64,000 nt of DNA from Saprospiraceae bacterium (GTDB lineage Bacteria > Bacteroidota > Bacteroidia > Chitinophagales > Saprospiraceae): NCBI GenBank assembly GCA_021299835.1, contig JAJTER010000002.1, positions 35,529 through 99,528 of the forward strand, given 5' to 3'. The position numbers and the translations under genes are program-made. The notes beneath the pieces are model-generated. The model did not search any database, had not been told where the DNA came from, and worked only from the letters and a program-made list of their open reading frames with translations. This document shows, in pieces, positions 27,035-36,793 of this stretch. The stretch's first letter is position 1. Every line of letters starts with the position of its first letter.

Positions 27035-28315
27035 ATGGCAAAAAATAAAACATCGTTCCACTGCTCATTTTGTGGAAAAGATAAGTCGGAGACTCTCATG
27101 CTCATAGCGGGTATTAATGCCCATGTATGTGAAGTATGTGTTGAGCAAGCTCATGATATTGTTCAGGAAGAACTGTATGGTGGCATGAAAAATGGCGTGC
27201 GTACGAAAGGAGCGGGAAATTCTAATCTCTCTTCAGATAAGCAAGATTCTTCTGATAATCATATTCTTTCTCCTATGGAGATGAAAGCTAAGTTAGACCA
27301 GTATATTATTGGTCAGGACGAAGCAAAAAAGTATCTTTCTGTTGCTGTTTATAATCACTATAAAAGACTTCAACAACCTAAAGAAGATGATGTTGAAATT
27401 GAAAAATCAAATATTCTTCTTATAGGTCGCACTGGAACAGGAAAAACCTTACTTGCTAAAACCATAGCACGTATGCTAAATGTTCCTTTCGCTATTGTTG
27501 ATGCTACTGTTTTTACCGAAGCAGGGTATGTTGGTGAAGACGTGGAAAGTATTTTAAGCCGGTTACTTCAGGTTTGTGATTACAATGTGAGTGCAGCAGA
27601 AAGAGGGATTGTTTATATAGACGAAATAGACAAAATTGCCAGAAAAAGTGATAATCCTTCTATTACCCGTGATGTCTCTGGTGAAGGCGTTCAACAGGCT
27701 TTATTAAAAATGCTTGAAGGTACCGATATAAATGTTCCCCCTCAAGGTGGCAGAAAGCATCCTGAGCAAAAAATGGTGAAGGTTAATTCTGAAAATATCC
27801 TTTTTATATGTGGTGGTGCTTTCGATGGTATTGAAAAACTTATTGCCCGACGAGTAAACACGCAGGTTATAGGCTTCAAAAAGGAAGGTGATAAGTCTTT
27901 TGATAAGGAAAATTTATTACAATACGTTTCTCAACAGGACATAAAATCATTTGGTCTTATTCCAGAGCTTATTGGAAGATTACCGGTTCTTACCTATCTG
28001 GATCCTTTGGATCACGATGCGTTAGTCAGAATAATGACAGAACCTAAAAATTCTTTGGTAAAGCAATATCAAAAATTATTTAGTTATGAGGGTGTTGAAT
28101 TAAATTTTTCTGCCGAGGTAATTTCTTTTATTGCCACAAAAGCAATGGAATTTAAATTGGGCGCGCGTGGTCTTCGTTCTATTTGTGAAGCTATTCTAAC
28201 CGATGCTATGTTTGAATTACCCTCTCAAAAAGACAAGAAAACTTTTGACCTGGATCTTTCCTACGCCATGGAAAAACTCAACAGATCTAAAATAGCTTCC
28301 CAACACGCGGCCTAG
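27035..28315 (+). CDS. clpX: ATP-dependent Clp protease ATP-binding subunit ClpX
   Basis: N-terminal zinc ribbon CSFCGK...CEVC, Walker A GRTGTGKT, Walker [10 protein letters not shown]. Confidence 0.95.
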   Translation: MAKNKTSFHCSFCGKDKSETLMLIAGINAHVCEVCVEQAHDIVQEELYGGMKNGVRTKGAGNSNLSSDKQDSSDNHILSPMEMKAKLDQYIIGQDEAKKYLSVAVYNHYKRLQQPKEDDVEIEKSNILLIGRTGTGKTLLAKTIARMLNVPFAIVDATVFTEAGYVGEDVESILSRLLQVCDYNVSAAERGIVYIDEIDKIARKSDNPSITRDVSGEGVQQALLKMLEGTDINVPPQGGRKHPEQKMVKVNSENILFICGGAFDGIEKLIARRVNTQVIGFKKEGDKSFDKENLLQYVSQQDIKSFGLIPELIGRLPVLTYLDPLDHDALVRIMTEPKNSLVKQYQKLFSYEGVELNFSAEVISFIATKAMEFKLGARGLRSICEAILTDAMFELPSQKDKKTFDLDLSYAMEKLNRSKIASQHAA

Positions 28316-28325
28316 TGTTCAAATT

Positions 28326-29090
28326 ATGGCATCTGATGTTAAAAGATATTTCGTAGAACTTTCGTACTTAGGTACTCACTACCACGGTTGGCAGCGTCAA
28401 CCGAATAAAATAAGTGTTCAGGAAACGGTTGAAAATGCATTTTCAACCGTTTTGCGTAATACTATAACCGTTTTTGGCTGTGGTAGAACGGATACGGGGG
28501 TTCATGCCAGTCAATACTTCTGCCATTTTGATATAGATAAAGAACTTCCAATCCATTTTTTGCAAACCATTAACAGATTACTTCCTAAGGATATAGCCAT
28601 TAAACAATTAATTCTTCAAGATGACTTGTCCAGGCATGCGCGTTTCCAGGCTTGCCGTAGAACATATGAATACCATATTACCTTTCAAAAAAATCCTTTC
28701 GTTCTTCACAATACCTGGAAATATGGCTTTGTCCTGAAACCTGACTTTTTACTTATGCAAAAGGCAGCACTATTAATAGCTAAATACCATGATTTTACCC
28801 CTTTTTGTAAAACAGGCCATAGTGCGCAAAGTATGATTTGCCAAATTTATGAAAGCACCTGGATTTTCGATGAAGAAAAACAAACAGCCACCTATAAAAT
28901 TTCTGCCAATCGCTTCCTAAGAGGTATGGTACGATTAATTGTAGGGGCACTAATACAAGTTGGAATAAAAAAAATGAGCCTCGGGGAACTTGAATACGCC
29001 CTCGAAAATCAAAGTTTCATAAAACAAGGATTATCAGTTCCTGCCGAAGGATTGACGCTTACCGAAGTAAGGTATCCCTGGGATTCATAA
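28326..29090 (+). CDS. truA: tRNA pseudouridine(38-40) synthase
   Basis: YxGxxYHGWQRQ and GCGRTDTGVHA (catalytic Asp). Confidence 0.9.
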   Translation: MASDVKRYFVELSYLGTHYHGWQRQPNKISVQETVENAFSTVLRNTITVFGCGRTDTGVHASQYFCHFDIDKELPIHFLQTINRLLPKDIAIKQLILQDDLSRHARFQACRRTYEYHITFQKNPFVLHNTWKYGFVLKPDFLLMQKAALLIAKYHDFTPFCKTGHSAQSMICQIYESTWIFDEEKQTATYKISANRFLRGMVRLIVGALIQVGIKKMSLGELEYALENQSFIKQGLSVPAEGLTLTEVRYPWDS

Positions 29091-29431
29091 TATAAACATA
29101 CCTAATTTCGGAAAAAATAAGGGAACTAAAAGCAGCAATAAACAATAATATTTCTTATTTGTGGTTTTTTTAGCTCGACGCTACAAGTTTTTAATATATA
29201 TTTTTACTACTAATACCTTAGCGTTCAGTGTTACTAAAAACCTGATATTCAATAAAATAAACAAAATTTTTGAGTGTAACTAATAAGTTTTAAGGTATTT
29301 ATTAAAAATTGAGGTTGATGTAAGAACATCAGTTTCAAATATTTTAATTAAAACATTTAAAAAGAAATATTAAGCCCAAAAGCTTACCAGGTTCAATTTG
29401 TCCAAAAACTTTAGATAACAATATAAACCTC

Positions 29432-30769
29432 CTATTTAGGCAGTTCTGTAAAGGTTACCTTTAACTTAGCTCCATATTTAGGGTGTCCGGCTCCATATAA
29501 TACGGATCTTGCGGCACGTTCACTTCTTGGAAAAACGCGAATAAAAATTTCAGGAGGAACTTTTCCATCTACCATCCTATTTAAATGCGTGCTTAAATTG
29601 ACTCTGTATTTACCAGGACTTCCGTCTGCAGCGAATAAAGGATTTCCGCCGACTAACTTGAAAACTTCTTCTCCAGCAACCAATACATCAGAGGTAACAA
29701 CATAATTCCCTGCTGTATTTTTGTAGAACAAAATAATCTGCGAGGCTGGAGGAAAATAAGTAGTATTATCTTCTTTAAGTGCTTCAATGTGAAACTCTAA
29801 TTCTGCAAAATTGATTATTTTTCCTTTTAATTTCGTAATTTCCGGAATTCTTATAGCACCTAAAACACCCGCCATAGCCTGGGTGTATATAGTAGAACCG
29901 TCAGCCGAAAAAGGTTTATCAAGCGTAGTTTTAAGTTTTGACGACGATAAATCGTGACTAAAAGAGGATAATTTAGCAGAATAGCCATTGGTAACATACT
30001 GAAATTGCCCTGGGCTAGTAGAACCATTATAATAAAAATATAAGCCGGCATAATTACTTTGAAGATTTATGCCCACTATAGCTTGTGCATTATTAGCAGG
30101 CTTTAGAACGGCTCCCTTGAAAAGCTTAAAGAAATCGGCATCAGAGGTGTAGTTTGTACTATCAGCCTGAGCAAATGGCTTTAAAAAGGTAGCTTTATTA
30201 ATAGGTATTCTAATCTGTGGAAACCTCAAGGTATCAATGGTTCCCTGACGATAATCAAAAACCTGAGTAGATGCAAAAGTTGGCGTAACGGTAACACTAC
30301 CTATGGGTAATGCTTCTGTCGCAAAATTAGTATTTGAATTATAGGTATTTGTCCTATCCATTTGCTCTGCCAAAGGATAGATATTAAAGGTGATAGGAGC
30401 TGATAAATTTCCATAAAAAGCGGTGGTATCATAAGGTAAAACCCAGACAATAGAATCAACCTCCTTACCTTTAAAATCATAAAAAAGTCCTTGTTGCGGT
30501 AATACCTGCATATAGATAGAGGCATCAGATTTACCAAAAATAGGATCATTTAAACGTCCACATAAATAAGCACTTGCTGCAGTGAATGGAGAATAAACTT
30601 CAACTAAATCGCCCGACACCGTAGTTGACTGTACAAGCAGGGTATCAGAAAATCCAACTTTTGTGGTATCTTCCGATAAAAGATCCAAGCCAAATGAAGT
30701 AGAATCATTACAAGCACCTAACAAAAGGGCAAGGATTGAATAGAGGGCAAATTCCCTGAAATATTTCAT
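29432..30769 (-). CDS. DUF4270 family lipoprotein
   Basis: Lipoprotein signal LLLGAC. Size and position next to the short glycogen-synthase-like gene match the usual Bacteroidota arrangement. Confidence 0.55.
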   Translation of the reverse strand: MKYFREFALYSILALLLGACNDSTSFGLDLLSEDTTKVGFSDTLLVQSTTVSGDLVEVYSPFTAASAYLCGRLNDPIFGKSDASIYMQVLPQQGLFYDFKGKEVDSIVWVLPYDTTAFYGNLSAPITFNIYPLAEQMDRTNTYNSNTNFATEALPIGSVTVTPTFASTQVFDYRQGTIDTLRFPQIRIPINKATFLKPFAQADSTNYTSDADFFKLFKGAVLKPANNAQAIVGINLQSNYAGLYFYYNGSTSPGQFQYVTNGYSAKLSSFSHDLSSSKLKTTLDKPFSADGSTIYTQAMAGVLGAIRIPEITKLKGKIINFAELEFHIEALKEDNTTYFPPASQIILFYKNTAGNYVVTSDVLVAGEEVFKLVGGNPLFAADGSPGKYRVNLSTHLNRMVDGKVPPEIFIRVFPRSERAARSVLYGAGHPKYGAKLKVTFTELPK

Positions 30770-30840
30770 AATACTAAACTTAATACAATTCGTTAATAGG
30801 AAAAAAGAGGTAAAAAAGATACATAGGGTTGTTTAACATC

Positions 30841-31659
30841 CTAATTTTCTACCTCCGGAAGCATTGCCCTATAAAAATCTGGAATACCTGAAAATAAATC
30901 CTCTCCTTCCATTTTCAACAAAGGCTTATCCTTGATTTCGTCAATGGCACTTTGAAGAGACTCATCTAGTAATTCCTCCGCTTGAATTACAGCATCAGCG
31001 TAAACTATTGCTCCCTGATGCAAAACGATATCATCACCGGAGCGAAAAGCCGAAAGATCAGCCTCTTGCAAATTATTGATACTTGCCTTTGTAAAAAATT
31101 TAGTATCAAATGATTTCTCTAAGGTATCTTTAAAAACTGAATATATCACCTTCACTTTACTGAATAGAGGATCATTTTTGTAGGCCGTTTTAAGGTAAAA
31201 AGGAACCAGACTGGTCATCCATCCCTGGCAATGAACAATATCAGGTGACCAACCGAACTTCCTTACCGTTTCAATGACCCCTTTACAGAAAAAAATCATT
31301 CTGTCAGAGTTATCATCATATTCAACGTCTTTTACATCGTGAAAAATTTCCCTGCCTTTGAAGAAATCGTCATTATCTAAAAAATAAACCTGCATTCGGA
31401 TATCCGGAAGCGATGCAACTTTTATAATCAATGGAAAATCATCATCATCAACGATAATATTCATGCCAGATAAGCGGACTACTTCATGTAATCTATGTCT
31501 GCGCTCATTAATACATCCAAATTTAGGCATTAAAACCCTCACCTCCATCCCCTTTTCCTGAAGGTATTGCGGCAACTTCCTGGAAAGTTTGGCAATTTCA
31601 GAACCAAGTGTATAAGGTTCCATTTCTTGGGTTACAATCAAGACTTTTATTTTACCCAT
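30841..31659 (-). CDS. glycogen/starch-synthase-like protein, N-terminal (GT5) domain only
   Basis: KVLIVTQEMEPY..., with a PDIVHCQGWMTSLVP motif. At 272 aa it lacks the C-terminal GT1 half, as in the short Bacteroidota homologues. Confidence 0.7.
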   Translation of the reverse strand: MGKIKVLIVTQEMEPYTLGSEIAKLSRKLPQYLQEKGMEVRVLMPKFGCINERRHRLHEVVRLSGMNIIVDDDDFPLIIKVASLPDIRMQVYFLDNDDFFKGREIFHDVKDVEYDDNSDRMIFFCKGVIETVRKFGWSPDIVHCQGWMTSLVPFYLKTAYKNDPLFSKVKVIYSVFKDTLEKSFDTKFFTKASINNLQEADLSAFRSGDDIVLHQGAIVYADAVIQAEELLDESLQSAIDEIKDKPLLKMEGEDLFSGIPDFYRAMLPEVEN

Positions 31660-31780
31660 TGACTTACTTTTGTACTATTCTATTAGGGAAGATTTCCAAA
31701 ATAATTTACAAAAGTACGAAAATTTTACGACAAATAGGAAAAATAACAACATAACAATGCCTTCCTTTTAGCTATTCCAT

Positions 31781-31788
31781 TATATTTG
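31781..31788 (+). promoter_or_regulatory. -7 box TATATTTG
   Basis: Exact TAnnTTTG, 12 nt before the TTG used by the ORF track. This favours the ATG at 31833 as the start. Confidence 0.35.
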
Positions 31789-31832
31789 CCATTTGTCTGT
31801 TGTCAATAGCCAAATTTAGATACCTGTTTTAT

Positions 31833-32894
31833 ATGAAAAAGACATTGTTAACCGGTCTGCAATTGGTCCTTTTTTTCGCTTTTGGATTCCTGTTGCTTTG
31901 GCTTTTGTATAGTAATCAACAGCAGGCCTATTTAGAAGATTGTGGATTAAAGAATATTCCAGCTGCTCAATGTAGCCTTTGGGATAAACTGAAGAATGAT
32001 TTCTCTGGGGTCAATTATCTTTGGATTTACGCAAGCCTTTTTTGTTACGGCATTTCAAATCTTAGCAGAGCCATACGTTGGAAAATGCTGTTACACCCCA
32101 TGGGGTATCACCCAAAATTGAGCAATGCGTTTTTCACTACCATAGTAGGCTATCTTGCAAATTTAGCCCTTCCTCGTTTTGGAGAAGTTGCCAGAGCAGG
32201 ATCTATCGCCAAATATGAGAGAATCCCTGTGGAAAAAGCTATTGGTACTATTGTCGTGGACAGAATTGCCGATCTCTTCATGATTTTAGCCATTACCTTA
32301 CTGGGGTTTATCATCGAATTTGATAAAATTTCAGCCATCGCCGTAAAATATATTAATCCCAATGAACGCTTTGGGGAGAAAATAGGCTTAGTCGTTTTCT
32401 TGCTTTCAGCAATGATTATAATGACGCTGTTTGCCTGGAAATTTAGAAAAAAAATGAGTACCTGGTCTATTTTTAATACCATCCGACATCTCTTCGACGG
32501 TTTTGTCAGTGGGCTAAAAAGCATAAAAGAAATTCCCAGTAAACGTAGGTTTTTGTTACATACTGTCATCATTTGGACTATGTATTTTTTAATGACTTAC
32601 CTTACCCTGCTTTCATTCCATGTTACAGAAAATTTAACAGTATCAGCGGCATTATTCGTTTTTATATTGGGTGGTTGGGGCATTGTAGTACCTTCTCCAG
32701 GCGGGATGGGAACCTACCATTTTATGACCCAAATTGGCCTTGCCGTGTATGGTATTAGTTTTGAAGATGGTTTTTCATGGGCTAATATTTCCTTTTTCAC
32801 CATTCAGATTGGAGGTACTCTGCTGTTTGGTACTATTTCGCTCATCTGCCTGCCACTAATAAATAGAGGTTATAAGCCAACGGTTACCTTATAA
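31833..32894 (+). CDS. lysylphosphatidylglycerol-synthase-TM-region-like (flippase-like, UPF0104) membrane protein
   Basis: Multi-pass membrane protein with RAIRWKMLL and the overall UPF0104 pattern. Confidence 0.6.
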   Translation: MKKTLLTGLQLVLFFAFGFLLLWLLYSNQQQAYLEDCGLKNIPAAQCSLWDKLKNDFSGVNYLWIYASLFCYGISNLSRAIRWKMLLHPMGYHPKLSNAFFTTIVGYLANLALPRFGEVARAGSIAKYERIPVEKAIGTIVVDRIADLFMILAITLLGFIIEFDKISAIAVKYINPNERFGEKIGLVVFLLSAMIIMTLFAWKFRKKMSTWSIFNTIRHLFDGFVSGLKSIKEIPSKRRFLLHTVIIWTMYFLMTYLTLLSFHVTENLTVSAALFVFILGGWGIVVPSPGGMGTYHFMTQIGLAVYGISFEDGFSWANISFFTIQIGGTLLFGTISLICLPLINRGYKPTVTL

Positions 32895-32896
32895 AA

Positions 32897-33409
32897 ATGA
32901 GTGTAAAGGAAAACATTGAAAATAAAATAATGACCCATTTGGAAGATGCGCTCGACATTATTTCCACCTGGAAGAATAACAAAGAAAAAATAGTATTTAC
33001 CAACGGGTGTTTCGATCTTTTCCATGCCGGGCACGCCCATTCATTAGCCGATGCTGCTAAGTATGGAACGAAACTAATTGTTGGCCTGAATGACGATTCC
33101 TCTGTACACAAATTAAAAGGAAAAAACCGGCCTTTTAATAATCTGAGTTCAAGAGCTTTTGTTTTAGCCTCTCTTCAGGCAGTCGATCTGGTCATTCCCT
33201 TCTCTGAATTAAATCCTGAAAATATAATTCAGACCATTATTCCTGATGTACTCGCAAAAGGCAGCGATTATACCCTTGAAAATATAGTCGGCGCAGCTTT
33301 TGTTTTAGAAAATAAGGGTGAAGTGGTTCGAATTCCTTTGTTACCAGATATATCGTCCACAAAAATTGCCGATTTTATGATTAAAAAAAATACCCCGGAT
33401 GCAAACTAA
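32897..33409 (+). CDS. rfaE2: D-glycero-beta-D-manno-heptose 1-phosphate adenylyltransferase (RfaE domain II, stand-alone)
   Basis: FTNGCFDLFHAGH, LKGKNRP and AKGSDY, closely parallel to RfaE domain II. Confidence 0.8.
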   Translation: MSVKENIENKIMTHLEDALDIISTWKNNKEKIVFTNGCFDLFHAGHAHSLADAAKYGTKLIVGLNDDSSVHKLKGKNRPFNNLSSRAFVLASLQAVDLVIPFSELNPENIIQTIIPDVLAKGSDYTLENIVGAAFVLENKGEVVRIPLLPDISSTKIADFMIKKNTPDAN

Positions 33410-34424
33410 AATACAAGATGTTATTCGTGTTCTTTCTTCGCATGCTCCTTTAAGCTGGCAGGAAGATTATGATAATTGTGGGCTATTAGTTGGCGACCAA
33501 CAAACTGTCATAACGGGTATTACGACCTGCCTGGACGTGACCCTCGAAGTTATTAATGAAACAATTCAAAATGGAGCCAATTTGATCGTTTCGCACCACC
33601 CTATCATTTTTAAGCCATTAAAAAAATTATCACAGGGAGGTTTTGTTGAAAATATTCTTCTTAAAGCCATAAAAAATGATATAGCCATTTATGTTATTCA
33701 TACCAATCTGGATAACGCCTATCACAGAGGCATAAATGAAACTTTAGCGAAAATCATAGGGCTTAATAATAGATCCATTCTGCAAGAAAAACAGGGCTTA
33801 TTATCACAGCTTCAATGTGTCCTTTCAGAGAATGAAGCAAATACAATACTACCTCAATTAAATTTATTAAAGCCTCATTCTTTTTCTTATCAAGCTGGAA
33901 AAGCCAATATGTCAGAAGGTAAATTATCAATCGTTCTTCTTAATCATCAACTTTCCGAAGCATGTCAAATGATTGATTCATCCACAGAAAAAAAACCTTT
34001 TAAAGAAATTACAGAGGTGAAAAACACTTCTCACCTGGTTGGTGCAGGAATGGTTGGATATCTCGATCAGCCAATGTCCCCTGTTGATTTCTTAGACTTA
34101 TTAAAAAACGCCTTATCTCTCAAAGTTATTAAACATACTTTTCTTTGCAAGGATAAAATTCATAAGGTAGCAATCTGTGGCGGGAGTGGGAGCTTTTTAT
34201 TAACTGACGCTATTCGGGCAGAAGCTGATGTATTTGTCACCTCCGATTACAAATACCACCAGTTTCAGGAGGCAAATAATAAAATTATAATCGCCGATAT
34301 TGGTCATTATGAATCAGAAGTATGTGCCATTAACTTAATAATGCAAATTATTTCTGAAAAATTTACTAATTTTGCCATTCGGTCAACAACCGTAGTTACC
34401 AATCCGGTGTATTATCACCAATAA
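33399..34424 (+). CDS. Nif3-like dinuclear metal centre protein
   Basis: DNCGLLVG, VSHHP, HTNLD and GHYESE motifs, with an inserted middle domain. Confidence 0.85.
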   Translation: MQTKIQDVIRVLSSHAPLSWQEDYDNCGLLVGDQQTVITGITTCLDVTLEVINETIQNGANLIVSHHPIIFKPLKKLSQGGFVENILLKAIKNDIAIYVIHTNLDNAYHRGINETLAKIIGLNNRSILQEKQGLLSQLQCVLSENEANTILPQLNLLKPHSFSYQAGKANMSEGKLSIVLLNHQLSEACQMIDSSTEKKPFKEITEVKNTSHLVGAGMVGYLDQPMSPVDFLDLLKNALSLKVIKHTFLCKDKIHKVAICGGSGSFLLTDAIRAEADVFVTSDYKYHQFQEANNKIIIADIGHYESEVCAINLIMQIISEKFTNFAIRSTTVVTNPVYYHQ

Positions 34425-34452
34425 TTTCGAATATATCATAAACCTGCCCAAC

Positions 34453-35217
34453 ATGGCCGTTGAAAAAACAGTAGCTGAAAAGTTGAAAATGCTCTACGAG
34501 CTTCAACAAATAGACTCTAAAATAGACCAGATTGCCGTACTTAGAGGCGAATTACCCATAGAGGTAAGCGACTTGGAAGATGAAATCGTCGGCCTTGATA
34601 CGCGTATCGAAAAAGCAAAGTTCATTGTAGAAGAGCATGTTCGCAATGCAGCTCAATATGATGCCTCAATTAAAGAATCTGAAAGTTTGATTGCCCGCTA
34701 TCAAACTCAGCTTGATAACGTCAAAAATAATAGAGAATTTGAAGCCCTTACCAAAGAGTTAGAACTTCAAAAACTTGAAATTCAGCTATCTGAAAGAAGA
34801 AAAAAGAATGTTGTCATTGAAATTGAAAATAAAAAAGAAGCCCTGACCACCAGCATTTCAAAAAGAGATGTAAAACAAAAAGAATTAGAGCAGAAAAAAA
34901 TTGAACTCGACGACATTATTTCTAAAACAAATGACGAAGAAAATGCTCTTCGTAAACGATCTGTAAAAGCTAGAAATGGTATCGAAGAAAGATTGTTAAA
35001 GTCTTATGACAAAATAAGAAAATCTTATAGAAATGGTCTCGCTGTAGTAACTATTCAAAGAGATTCCTGTGGAGGTTGTTTCAATAAAATTCCACCACAG
35101 GTTAAATTAGAGATTTTTACTTGTAAAAATATTATGGCTTGTGAGCATTGTGGCAGAATTTTAGTAGATGAGTTCACTGTAGAAATGAATTCTAAAGAAG
35201 CCAGCGCTAAAGCTTAA
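34453..35217 (+). CDS. coiled-coil zinc-ribbon protein (COG1579 type) usually paired with Nif3
   Basis: Long coiled coil followed by CGGCF...CEHCGRIL. Confidence 0.75.
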   Translation: MAVEKTVAEKLKMLYELQQIDSKIDQIAVLRGELPIEVSDLEDEIVGLDTRIEKAKFIVEEHVRNAAQYDASIKESESLIARYQTQLDNVKNNREFEALTKELELQKLEIQLSERRKKNVVIEIENKKEALTTSISKRDVKQKELEQKKIELDDIISKTNDEENALRKRSVKARNGIEERLLKSYDKIRKSYRNGLAVVTIQRDSCGGCFNKIPPQVKLEIFTCKNIMACEHCGRILVDEFTVEMNSKEASAKA

Positions 35218-35242
35218 GCTTTTTCTATTTATAGTTTACCTG

Positions 35243-35296
35243 ACAGGGATATAAAACATAGATTTACTTCGTGTTTTATATCCCTGTTCTCGTTTT
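35243..35296 (+). terminator. rho-independent terminator
   Basis: acagggatataaaaca / tgttttatatccctgt form a perfect 16-bp stem with a 13-nt loop, followed by tctcgtttt. Confidence 0.7.
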
Positions 35297-35376
35297 ACCA
35301 ATATAATTGAATGATTTCACCTTAATTTAATCCAAAAGAATTATATTTAGTAACTTAATAACCTAAAAAGCAAAAA

Positions 35377-35994
35377 ATGAAAAAAATAATGCTCCTCCTC
35401 TGGGTCGTATTCAGTGTAAATATGACGATGAATGCCCAGTGGGTAAAATTGTTCGAAGGTGAACATTTAAAAGCATGGAAAGCAAGCGAAAACCCTGAAA
35501 CTTTCAATCTGACGGAGGGAACCTTAACCGTTCATGGCCCCAGAGCTCACCTTTTTTACGACGGGCCTCTTGCAAATCATAATTTCAAAGATTTTGAATT
35601 AAAAGTGCAGATTATGACTTTTCCTCAGGCCAATTCTGGCCTTTATATTCATACCGAGTTTTTGGAAAAAGCCTGGCCGGCAAAAGGGTACGAAATACAA
35701 GTTAATAATTCACAAAGTGATTGGAGGAGAACGGCCAGCCTATACAATATAGTGGATGTTGCTGAAGTAAATACCCCTGACAATGAATGGTTTGAACTAC
35801 ATGTAACCGTTAAGGGAAAAAGAATCATAACACAAATAAATGGCGTTACTATCGTTGATTATACCGAACCTAAAACACCTCTGAGAAAAGAAGGACAACT
35901 TCAGAGAATTTTAAGTAGTGGAACCATTGCTATTCAAGGCCATGACCCTAATAGCAAGGTCAATTATAAGAACTTAATGGTCAAAATAAATTAA
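35377..35994 (+). CDS. DUF1080 (3-keto-disaccharide hydrolase-like) secreted protein
   Basis: Signal peptide, with W.KLF.G..L..WK, F.DFELK, NSG and YE.Q patterns. Confidence 0.75.
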   Translation: MKKIMLLLWVVFSVNMTMNAQWVKLFEGEHLKAWKASENPETFNLTEGTLTVHGPRAHLFYDGPLANHNFKDFELKVQIMTFPQANSGLYIHTEFLEKAWPAKGYEIQVNNSQSDWRRTASLYNIVDVAEVNTPDNEWFELHVTVKGKRIITQINGVTIVDYTEPKTPLRKEGQLQRILSSGTIAIQGHDPNSKVNYKNLMVKIN

Positions 35995-36030
35995 CATAAC
36001 CTGATTTGTTAAAATCACGCTATAAAGAAC

Positions 36031-36068
36031 AAAAAAGGGCGAAATGAAATCCATTTCGCCCTTTTTAT
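36031..36068. terminator. bidirectional rho-independent terminator
   Basis: gggcgaaatg-aaatc-catttcgccc, flanked by an A-run on the left and a T-run on the right, between convergent genes. Confidence 0.8.
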
Positions 36069-36090
36069 AATTTATAGAAGTATCAGGTAA

Positions 36091-36609
36091 TTATTTCGTT
36101 GCAGGAACAACCAACATTTTTGTTCTTACAAGCGCTGTAATATCCTCTGAATCAGGGGTAAACAAAAGAGCATTAAAAGAACTCGTATCAAAAACCATAA
36201 CGAATTTGTTTTCTGTACAAACCTCTTTAATTTTTGCGGTTATTTTGTCCACAATAGGTTTTAACAGTTCCTCCCTTTTTACCTGGAGCTTTTGTTGTAT
36301 TTGTTGTTCAAAAGCTTGAATTCCTTCTTGTTCTTTTTGAAGTAACTCCTGTTGCTCTTTTTCTTTTATAGGAGCAAGATTGCCAGATTGCTGCTCCTTC
36401 ATAAAGGCAATATAATTATTTTTAAATTTCTCAGCCATAGCCTGACCTTCAGCTACCAGGGTGTTTTGGTATTCCTCCAGATCAATGTCTGCCTTGCGGG
36501 TGTCTGTTAATGAAGTCAAAAAAGCATTAAAGTTCATGTGACCATAACGCTGAGCATTTAGTCCAACAGAGGAAACTATAAGTAGGGAAAACAAAAATAT
36601 TCTAATCAT
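36091..36609 (-). CDS. OmpH/Skp family periplasmic chaperone
   Basis: 172 aa, signal peptide, Q/E/K-rich coiled region. Confidence 0.75.
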   Translation of the reverse strand: MIRIFLFSLLIVSSVGLNAQRYGHMNFNAFLTSLTDTRKADIDLEEYQNTLVAEGQAMAEKFKNNYIAFMKEQQSGNLAPIKEKEQQELLQKEQEGIQAFEQQIQQKLQVKREELLKPIVDKITAKIKEVCTENKFVMVFDTSSFNALLFTPDSEDITALVRTKMLVVPATK

Positions 36610-36793
36610 TGTAATTTGTTTTTAATAAGAACGACAAAAATAATCGATATCTTTTGAATTATGCCATAATTTTTAAAAGATTAATTTTTTAAATCAATAT
36701 TACATCTAAATTCCTCCTTTTTCAGATAAATACCTAAAGAATTCAATCAATTTCAAACCTTGTTTAAAAGCATTAACCCTTAGAATGACCTTT

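Noticed and set aside
30841-31659. Truncated glycogen synthase as a pseudogene
   Set aside because: The 272-aa N-terminal-domain-only form next to a DUF4270 gene is, to my knowledge, the normal conserved arrangement in Bacteroidota. The reading frame is intact and has a proper start.
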